A stretch of 64,000 bases of DNA, taken from NCBI GenBank assembly GCA_964016885.1, contig OZ024740.1, positions 210,676,001-210,740,000 on the forward strand, in the 5' to 3' direction. Shown in pieces: positions 53,125 through 64,000 of this stretch. Source of the stretch: Eledone cirrhosa (Eukaryota). The position numbers and the translations under genes were made by a program. Each line of letters begins with the position of its first letter. Within the stretch, counting starts at the first letter, position 1. The notes below the pieces were generated by a model that made no database searches, was not told the origin of the DNA, and saw only the letters and a program-made list of their open reading frames with translations.

Positions 53125-53747
53125 GTACACACATCTATTTATCTCTATATATATTATAAATATCAATATATTTGTGTCTATATATGTATAAACTGTGTAA
53201 CAATTTTTGCTAAAAATGTGGTTTGATTTTCGACCAACACTCTCTCTGATCGTTTTGATTTTCCTCAACTGTTTGGTGACTTTCTCCAGTGCTGTTAATC
53301 TTTTTGCTGGCCTTCAACTCGATTTTGTCGGTAAGTTAACCCACATATCTACTTAATAATTGTTATGTTTTCTTGTGGTAGTTTTCTTGGTTTGGTTGTG
53401 TATCATTTTAAAAGTTTATTCTGACATGTCCAAAGTTTTGTAAAGATTTCATGAAACATAACTACACCCGACTTCCTTTGCTCAAAACTTTCTTAATAAT
53501 GCATGTCTTTTTTTTTTTTTTTTTTTTTTTTGTTTTTTAAAGAAATTTTGCAAGCAAAAATCGATATTTGGGTGGGGGTGTAGATTACAATTGTGTTGAT
53601 GAAACTAAAATAAAAAAAATGTTCCTGAAATTCAGAGTTGTAGAAATGACATTGTGGTCTAGTATACAGAGCATCCATTACAGTTTTAGGATTGGGGTGG
53701 GGCTTAAATATACTCTACATGTGTATAATTATTATTAACTCATGATA

Positions 53748-54203
53748 ATGGCAGTGGATTGGAAGTATCGGGAGAGCGTCGGACAATATCTTGTGTGGCA
53801 CACAGTTATGGCCCTTTACGTTCTGAGTTGAAATCCCGCCGAGGTTAGGTGTGCCTTTCATCTTTATTGGGTCGATAAAATAAAGCATCAGTAATGCACT
53901 GGGGTTAATTGAATCGACTTTCCCTTCCCCTAAAATTGCTGGCCTTGTGCCAAAAGCAGAAACCATTATTGGCAGTGGTGGATTGGAAGAATCAGTAGAG
54001 CGCGGGACAAAATACTTTCTGGCATTACTTCCGACTTTTTACCTTCTCAGTTCAAATCTCGCCGAGGTCAACTTTACTTTTGATCCTTATGGAGGAGTGT
54101 GGTGGGGGTCGTTAAAATAAAGTACCTGACAACTACTGGGGTCGATATAATCAACTTTCCTTTCCACCACATTGCTGGCCTTGAGCCTAAATTAGAAACC
54201 ATT
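53748..54203 (+). mobile_element. Two head-to-tail tRNA-derived SINEs (Meta-domain-like family)
   Basis: Same head and body motifs as 35890-36312. Confidence 0.7.
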
Positions 54204-54411
54204 ATTACAATTAATATCCAACGCTTGCTCTACATTGCTATAGCCTATAATAAACTGTTTGCTACGAACGTATAATTTTTGCGTTTTGCTGTTGTTGTTA
54301 TTGTTATTTAACCTCAGGTCAAATCTGATCGAGCAGACATATGATCAAAAACATTTCAGGTGTGACCAATCCGTATTTGGTTTCTTCAGACATAATGTCT
54401 ACATCTATGTT

Positions 54412-54815
54412 TTTCTGGTATCGTTGTCCCTAAGACCACCTCCCTACTCACCACCATCGGCACCCCGTAGCAGTGGAGACTTCTGGTATCCTTGGCCCTA
54501 GGACCACCTCCCTATTCACCACCATCGGCACCCCGTAGCAGTGGAGACTTCTGGTATCCTTGGCCCTAGGACCACCTCCCTATTCACCACCATCGGCACC
54601 CCGTAGCAGTGGAGACTTCTGGTATCCTTGGCCCTAGGACCACCTCCCTATTCACCACCACCGGCACGGAGCTGGCTACCCGCAGGTGTGAGCCTCGCGA
54701 GCTGGAATGTCTCTTCCAACACGTTTCCCCTCACCATCCTCCGAGGAAACGTTTTCTCTATTCTGTCCACCGGCACAGCGGGGTGGCCAGCGTGTGGAGC
54801 CCCATTTTCTTATAA
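54412..54815 (+). mobile_element. CRE-like (RLE) non-LTR retrotransposon 3' remnant with a 68-bp tandem repeat (about 3.5 copies)
   Basis: Period 68 (54481, 54549, 54617); translates PVAVETSGILGPRTTSL..GTELATRRCEPRELECLFQ / LTILRGNVFSIL. Confidence 0.6.
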
Positions 54816-55254
54816 TAGTGAGAGATGGGGAAAGAGAGACGGAGGCAGTGAGTGAAAGAGAGAGAACATTAACACTTATTTACTTATTTATTTATTTGTA
54901 TAAACTTGCATAAATATACTAAATTAATTGAAATTAAACTATTTTTGTGTCAAATTAGCCAACCATTTCCATACTGCTGAGCCATTATCCGAGATATAGT
55001 TCCCCCTTTAAGATGGCTGTGTGTGATTTGAGGGACGTTTGGTTCATATTTCTAACAGGTCGAAAAACCATGTAGAGGTTTTCTCGTTACCTCGTTAATT
55101 GCTCCTTCTTGTTGGTGACGTTAAGCCCTTAATCCACCTATCATGAAAACAATTCCAACCATGACCATGTCGTCTTTTTCTATACACAGACTACATTGCC
55201 TAATGTAGTCCTTCTTTATTTAAGATGGTAGAGTATGATTCTTTTTAAATCATC

Positions 55255-55710
55255 ACGAATAAAAGCGGCCAAAATGGGGTTCCTTCAAAGGGTCTTTGGA
55301 GTAACGTTACTCGATAGAGCTCGGAGATCAAAGAGTGACTCCAGGTAGAGTCACTGCTTCTCTGAATTGAGAGATCACAGCTCCGATACTTTGGGCATGT
55401 GTTTAGAATGTCTCAGGAAAGGATCGCTGGATATATTTTACGGGCAAAACCAACTGGCAGGAGACCCAGGGGTAAACCCCGAGCAAGATGGTTGGATAAC
55501 ATCCATGAGCTTGGCTGGTCTCGCTTGGGGATCCAGCCGGATCATTTGGAGACGGTTGCTTCTGACGGGACCCACTGGAGGGAAGAAGAAGAAGAAGAAG
55601 AAGAAGAAGAAGAAGAAGAAGAAGAAGAAGAAGAAGAAGAAGAAGAAGAAGAAGAAGAAGAAGAAGAAGAAGAAGAAGAAGAAGAAGAAGAAGAAGAAGA
55701 AGAAGAAGAA
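55255..55710 (+). mobile_element. RTE-clade LINE 3' fragment followed by (GAA)n
   Basis: IERSQLRYFGHVFRMSQER..AKPTGRRPRGKPRARWLDNI. Confidence 0.8.
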
Positions 55711-55720
55711 AAAAAAATAA

Positions 55721-56971
<1,251 letters not shown>

Positions 56972-56977
56972 AATAAC

Positions 56978-57033
<56 letters not shown>

Positions 57034-57344
57034 GAAGAAGAAGAAGAAGAAGAAGAAGAGTATGATTTGAAGGAGGTTTGTAATTTTTTGGAGGTTGAGG
57101 AGGTCGGACGACGGAGAATCGATTACATATAAATACATTGATTTTTAACATAGATTTTTAACATAGATACACCACATATTAGTGTTGGAAAATGACTATC
57201 GATTATAATAACTCCGGGATTTTATTGGTGTTTATTTTATCGACGCCGGAATGATAAAAGGTAAAGGTGATTTTGGCGGGATTTGACACTCCACCGATTC
57301 TGTCAGTACACAGCTCCTTATATATAAATATATTCCTCCTTCTC

Positions 57345-57355
57345 ACCACCATCAC

Positions 57356-57387
<32 letters not shown>

Positions 57388-57643
57388 CCATCCTCCTCCT
57401 CCTCATTATCATCATCATCATCACCATTATCAACATCATCATTATCATCAATATTATCATTATAATCATCATCATCATCAACACCATCATCATTATCATC
57501 ATCATCATCATCATCATCATCATTATCATCATCATCATCACCATTATCAACATTATCAACATTATCAACATCCTCATTATCATCAATATTATCATTATAA
57601 TCATCATCATTATCAACATTATCAACATCATCAACAACATCAC

Positions 57644-57697
<54 letters not shown>
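57345..57697. repeat. (CAT)n degenerate array
   Basis: Direct reading. Confidence 0.92.
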
Positions 57698-57879
57698 GTG
57701 CTATACCCTGCTTGATCCTTTAGCAATCTCAGTCTTCCACCGTGATAGTGAAAGTAGTTGCCTTTGAGGAAAAGGAAGCTGTAAGTGGTCCTCGACTGCC
57801 TTCTCAGGGTGCAGCTCAACCGATTCTCAGAGAGAGAGAGAGAGAGTGATGGGGGAGGGAGAAAAAGAAAGAGAGAAAA

Positions 57880-58012
57880 AGAGAGACAAATGTCCGTGTG
57901 AGGGAGGGGAGGTTTCGAGCCTAGTACTTGACTGTTGCTTTAATTTTTCAATCTCGGAAGAAAGAAGACAGGAATTAAATATAGATCTTAGGAAATAGCA
58001 ACACTGAAGTTG
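57880..58012 (+). repeat. Dispersed repeat, second copy at about 60583-60728
   Basis: Shared aggtttcga.cctagtacttgactgtt...caatctcggaagaa.gaagacagg...aggaaatagcaa.actgaagtt. Confidence 0.65.
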
Positions 58013-58039
58013 AAGTGGACAGGACATCTAACAATAGAT

Positions 58040-58352
58040 TAGAGGTTCCCAACCATTTTTGGCGTCATCCCCTACCTTCAAATGGAAACATTTTTCACCG
58101 CTCACCTGTATAGGAAATATTCAAAAGCATACCCAAAATATTTGGTAAAAGTTTGTTACTGGTTCCTTATTTCCATTTAGCCTCCTGTTTTTTTTTTATA
58201 CAGGTTCTTTGCATATCTCCCTTGAATATGTTTTTTTTTTTTTTTGCTCAAAAATCCTATATCGTCCATCAAAATGTTCAATCAGCCACCATTTCTGTTC
58301 AGCTGCTCATCGCCCACCCAACAGTTGAAATCGCTCAGGTTGGGATACCTTG
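58040..58352. mobile_element. hAT (Charlie-type) MITE with 8-bp TSD
   Basis: CAATAGAT at 58032-58039 and 58353-58360; imperfect TIRs tagaggttcccaacc / ggttgggataccttg. Confidence 0.85.
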
Positions 58353-59091
58353 CAATAGATGAATGGAAAACCCGCATAGTGGTTTCCACAAAAGAGACTG
58401 AAAAGGAAAGGTAGGCAGAAGAGTAAATGAAAAGACAGAATCGAAGAAAACACGAAGAGGATCAGAAGAGGTACAAGACCAGTTTGGACAAGAATAGCAA
58501 TGGACAGGAATTAATGGAAGGGGGATTCTGGAGTAGGAGTATATCCAGTAGTGAACTGCTATATTCTAAAGTATAGGAATGCACAACCCCAGAAGGATGA
58601 AAGACAAAGTTGACCTCGATAGGGTATAAATTTAGAATACAAAGAGACGAAACAATTACTGCAAGGTGGAACAATTTCCAGCTAAGAACAGTGGATACAT
58701 TTCACTGTCGTTATAACTCATCGGGTAGTTGTAAAGCTTATTGTGAGGTACTGGGGGATAGAGAAATATCATTGATGTAAAACATAGATTTTGGTTTGGA
58801 TTATAATTTTCTAATAATCAACTGTTGATGAAATTCTATTCTTATATTAGTGGAAAATCTTGTTTAAATCTATTTCTTAGCACTAGATATTTCTAGTATA
58901 GATGTTTATATCATCAACAGATATGAGTTACGTCTGTGTCTTTGTTGTTGCAGAACTGTTGGAAGTTTTGTGAAATAAACGACATAGGTGTAGTGCCAAA
59001 ATAAATAGAAGCACACGCATAGAGTCTTCTTGAAATATTCCTTTTGTAAAAATTCGAGCGCCAGAGAAAATCATTGTCTTTTCAATTATAA

Positions 59092-59680
59092 GGGCAGAGT
59101 CGTTAGAACGTCGGCGAGAATGCTTTGCGGTATTCATTCCGGCTCCCTTCACCCACTGAGTTTAAATCCCGCCTAGGTCTTTCATTCTTTCGAGGTTGAC
59201 AAAAAAAAATATCAGTCTAGTACTGGGTTCCATTTTCCCTCTATATCGCTTTCTCATTTCCTATCACCCCTCCCTCCTCCACCTCTCTCTTACTCTGGAA
59301 GAAATCGGCCACGATTAAAAATGTCCGTTATCTTATCAACCTCATTGTCATACCAACCTTAGAAAGATGAAAATCAAAATTGATCTCAGCGGGATTTGAA
59401 CATAGAACGTAAAATGAGGTCATAAACACCAGCGAGTCTGCTAAAGCATCACACTAATGTGAGGTGAATAATTGTTTCTACTTTTTGCACAAGGCCAGCA
59501 ATTTCTGGGAGAGGGGAAAATCGATTAAACCTACCCCAGTGTATTACTGGTGCTTTATTTTATCGATATCGTAAGGATAAAAGACAAAGCTAACCCCGGC
59601 GGAATTTGAATTCAGAACGTAAAATGCCATAACTCTATGCTGCAAATCATGGTGTCTGACGCTCCTCCGATTCTCCCAAA
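59092..59680. mobile_element. Cluster of Meta-domain-like SINE copies (59092-59230 +; 59330-59420 -; 59468-59680 -)
   Basis: Family motifs as above. Confidence 0.65.
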
Positions 59681-61179
59681 TGCTTCGTTGATCTTGTCAA
59701 GTTGAGTAAAGGAGTTTCTTGCTCAACGTTTTCAGTTCGTGTTTTAAAGATATTAATTTAAAGATATTAATATAGTTTTATTTGGTGAATGCAATAAACA
59801 GAGAATGACAGCACATGTCGGCGGTGGACATGACAAATACGTTACTTTGAAGAAGAGATGCACCGAAACAACCAATTTACCTGGTGGAACTCATTCTTGC
59901 GACGGATGACCATTTTAATTCTGAGGTAACTGAGTAGAGGGGTGTTTTGGAGTTCCAATACACCAGGTATTTTCACCAAGATCAGATTTACGATAGGTAG
60001 AGGGGGGGGGGGGGGCACATACACAAAACATTTGAATACACAGCCCCTAATTTTACATATCAAAGTTAGCTTGTCGTAAGTAATTGGAATTAAAAAGTTA
60101 TACATACAGGTATTAGATTAACAAAATTCTAACCATCCTAAAATAAAAGAAGCCCAGCTGAGGCCACAAATAAATTATTATGGCCGTCGCTGGTAGGGTC
60201 TCCCACTGCAGGTGTGTGTGTGTGGGGGGGGGGGCAATTTCCCTCCTTTCCCCCATTAAATCCGGCCCTAGTTTCCACCGCTAAAGGATCGAGTTTGGAA
60301 TGGTAAGATATTTGGAATGATTTAGAAAATGACGCGATAATCACAGTTGGTGGTGATCAGTTTAATCGATCAGGGCTTTCATTTGGTTAAACGAATAGCA
60401 ACAAAAAAAAAATAATATGATTGGATTTAGTTCTGGGAGTTATAGTTTTACGTCCGTTCCTCCAGGATTATTCCAGTTTTATGGGCATTAAGTAATGGTG
60501 GTGGTGGTGGTGGTGGTGGTGGTGGTGGTGGGGGGTGGTGGGGGGTTAGAGAAAGAAAGATAGGGAAAGAAAGAGAGAGAAAGAGAAATGTCCGTATGTG
60601 TGTGTGTGAGGGTGGGGTGGTGAGGAGGTTTCGAACCTAGTACTTGACTGTTACTTTTATTTATCAATCTCGGAAGAAGGAAGACAGGTGTTAAAAATAG
60701 AGTTTAGGAAATAGCAAAACTGAAGTTTAGTGGTCGTAAGTTCAATTCATCTACTATTTTGGGCATGTCAAGCGACCGCATAGGAGCTCCTTTACATATT
60801 TGATAGGGATTCGGTGGGGTTGCCCGTATAGTGTGATGGGGGTGTTGGGATAGACTGGGGGAATAAGAACAAATGAGAGAGAGAAGAGGCTAGACAGATA
60901 GACAGACAGACATCTGACAGACGGAGAGACGGATGATTTGACGGACGGAGGATAGAAAAATAGACAGACAGAGAGACAGCAAAAATGACGGAGAGACGGA
61001 TAGGCTGACGGACAGACAGACAGGCAGATAGATAGACAGATAGATAGACAGATAGATAGACAGACAGACAGACAGAGGTGGTGTAAAAAGGGTGGAATTT
61101 TCAGGGTCGCACGAAGACTGAGAAAAGGTGAGAATAGCATTAGTTTAGATAGACAGATATTTTGAGAGAAAAATTTAAT

Positions 61180-61860
61180 GGGTCACAGTCACATACTTTA
61201 GTGAGTCACAAAGTCACATACTTTACTGGGTCACAGTCACATATTTTAGTGAGTCACAGAGTCACATACTTTAGTGAGTCACAAAGCCTCATACTTTACT
61301 GGGTCACAGTCACATATTTTAGTGAGTCACAGAGTCACATACTTTAGTGAGTCACAAAGTCTCATACTTTACTGAGTCACAGTCACATACTTTAGTGAGT
61401 CACAAAGTCACATACTTTACTGGGTCACAGTCACATACTTTAGTGAGTCACAGAGTCACATACTTTACTGGGTCACAGTCACATATTTTAGTGAGTCACA
61501 GAGTCACATACTTTAGTGAGTCACAGTCACATACTTTACTGGATCACAGTCACATATTTTAGTGAGTCACAGAGTCACATACTTTACTGGGTCACAGTCA
61601 CATACTTTAGTGAGTCACAAAGTCATATACTTTACTGGGTCACAGTCACATACTTTACTGGGTCAAAGTCACATATTTTAGTGGGTCACAGAGTCACTTA
61701 CTTTAGTGGGTCACAGTCACATACTTTACTGGGTCACAGTCACATATTTTAGTGGGTCACAGAGTCACTTACTTTAGTGGGTCACAGTCACATACTTTAC
61801 TGGGTCACAGTCACATATTTTAGTGGGTCACAGCGTCATATATTTTAGTGGGTCACAGGG
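61180..61860. repeat. Composite 24-25 bp minisatellite built on GTCACA
   Basis: Alternating tactttagtgagtcacagagtcaca and tactttactgggtcacagtcaca units. Confidence 0.93.
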
Positions 61861-62279
61861 TTACAAGAAACTGGACAACAATATGTTAGAATAGAAAAAC
61901 GTTGACAGGATGAAATATAATTTAATCTAATCGTGTGATGGCGCCTGACAATAACTGTTAGAGTTTGAGGCCTACGATCTCATGGTCGTAAGTTCAATTC
62001 CCAGAACAAGTCATGTGAAGTTTTGCTAGTTCCTTAAGTGCTTTGATAAATGACACAACACAAGACATCATATCACTTGTTCTGGGAATTGAACTTACGA
62101 CCACTAAACTTCAGAATTTCCTTCAAATCTCACCCTACACACTGTCTTGAGAACACAGGACACAAATATTGCATAATTGTATTTATAGATACATCACGTC
62201 TAAAGAAAAGACGGGATGGTCACAGCAGGAACGCCTTTGATTAGAGATGGCCTGCTTCATCATAGTAGACCGGTGGCTA

Positions 62280-62975
62280 AATAATTGTTTCTACTTTTGG
62301 CACAAAGCCAGCAATTATCCCAGTGTATTACTGGTACTTTATTTTATCGACCTCGTAAGGATGAAATGCAGAGTTAATCTCGGTGGGATTTGGACTCAGA
62401 CCATAAAGGGCCGTAACTCTTTGCTGCAAAGCATGGCGTCAGACCCTCTACCGATACCACCACCTGTGGCTAAATAATGGTTTCTCATTCGGACACAAAG
62501 GCTACAATTTTGGTGGAGGAGGAGAAAGTCGATTAAATCAACCCAGTGTGTTACTACACTATAAGGATGAAAGGCAAAGATAACTGGGATTTGATTTTGT
62601 TAGAATTGTGTTAGAATAACTAAAAGAAACTAAAACAATCTTTTAATGATTCCCAGTTGTATAAATAACATTACACATATTAACACGGCTTCAAAACCAT
62701 TGAGGATTACATAAATATGAAAAAGAAAGATAAAAGTAAAATTAAGTAATGAAAAAATGGGGAAGGGGTAAAGAAGGGCAGATCTGGCTGTATGGAAAAG
62801 TAGAGGACCTCAGAATGTAGAGGACCATAACAACAAGCTGCAAAGCATGTTGTCCGACACTCTATCGATTACTGCCTATTTACCACCCTGACCGGTGACT
62901 AAATAATTGTTTCTACTTTAGGCACAAAGTCAGCAATTACCCAGTGCATTACTGGTACTTTATTTTATCGACCCT
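62280..62975 (-). mobile_element. Several Meta-domain-like SINE copies and fragments
   Basis: Repeated aataattgtttctactttt.ggcacaaag.cagcaatta..ccagtg. Confidence 0.65.
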
Positions 62976-63029
62976 GGTGACTAAATAATAACAAGAATGC
63001 AGCAACCAGCAAGTGCTGTCACGACTAGT

Positions 63030-64000
63030 ATCACCACCACTACCACCACTACCACTACCATCACCACCACTACCACCACTGCCACCATCACTACCACTAC
63101 CACTACCATCACCACCACTACCACCACTGCCACCACCACTACCACTACCATCACCACCACCACTGCCACCACCACTACCACCACTACCACCACTACCATC
63201 ACCATCACTACCACCACTACCACCACTACCATCACCCCCACTACCACTACAACCACTACCAACACTACCACTACAACCACTACCACCACCACTATCACCA
63301 CCACTACCACCACTACCACCACTACCACCACTACCACTACCATCACTACCACCACTACCACCACTACCATCACTACCAGCACTACCACTACCATCACTAC
63401 CACCACTACCACTATCATCACTACCACCACTACCATCACTACCACCACCACTACCACCACTACCACCACTACCAACACAACCACTACCATCACCACCACT
63501 ACCACTATTACCACCACTACCACCACCACCACTAGTACTACCATCACTACCACCCCTACCACTACCACCACTACCACCACCACCTCTACCACCACCACTA
63601 CCACCACTACCACCACTACCACCACCACTACCACCACTACCACCACTATCAACACTACCACCACTATCAACACTACCACCACTACCACCACTACTACCAC
63701 CACTACCACCACTACCACCACTACCACCACCACTACCACCACTACTACCACCACCACCACCACCACCACTACCACCACTACCACCACCACTACTACCACT
63801 ACCACCACTGACGCTATTATTGTTACCCCATCATCATCATCACTACCACTACTGACTGTACTACTGTCACCACCACCACCACTGTCCCCCTACTCCCACC
63901 ACAACCACTGTCCATACTACTGTCACCACCACCACCACCACCACAACCACTGACCGTACTACTGCCACCTCCACCGCCACCATAGTACTACAACCAGGAC
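63030..64000. repeat. (ACC/ACT/ATC)n array
   Basis: Direct reading. Confidence 0.95.

Noticed and set aside
59800-59930. Possible exon ending at CTGAG|GTAACT
   Set aside because: No clean acceptor or recognisable protein in any frame.
62981-63953. Mucin-like Thr-rich or extensin-like Pro-rich ORFs
   Set aside because: (ACC/ACT)n microsatellite open in several frames and starting next to a SINE fragment.

Overview
Repeat-saturated, AT-rich animal DNA (intergenic or intronic). It looks cephalopod/Octopus-like from the microsatellite load and SINE types, but that is inference. I can support no host protein-coding exon; most ORFs in the track are microsatellite artefacts. The real coding content is transposon-derived: an intact R4/Dong-type RT+RLE LINE (18215-21607 +) with two 5'-truncated copies, a full-length two-ORF Tx1-clade LINE (21727-27764 -) sitting inside the Dong (AAT)n tail, a decayed Helitron RepHel plus several non-autonomous Helitrons, three Penelope-like (PLE) fragments, and remnants of RTE, CR1/L2, CRE, mariner, pogo and hAT elements, a solo LTR and many tRNA-derived SINEs. 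The window is also unusually rich in hammerhead ribozyme (HHR) motifs, mostly in divergent inverted-repeat PLE terminal repeats next to (TA)n. The most striking signal is a motif shared by two diverged non-coding repeat families (32.5-33.0 kb and 44.5-45.6 kb). It carries the hammerhead core strands (UC, GAAA, CUGAUGA) in a non-circularly permuted order, with compensatory base changes in four helices, and one family is arranged as 335-bp tandem plus inverted monomers. All RNA structures were read by eye; none has been computed or tested.
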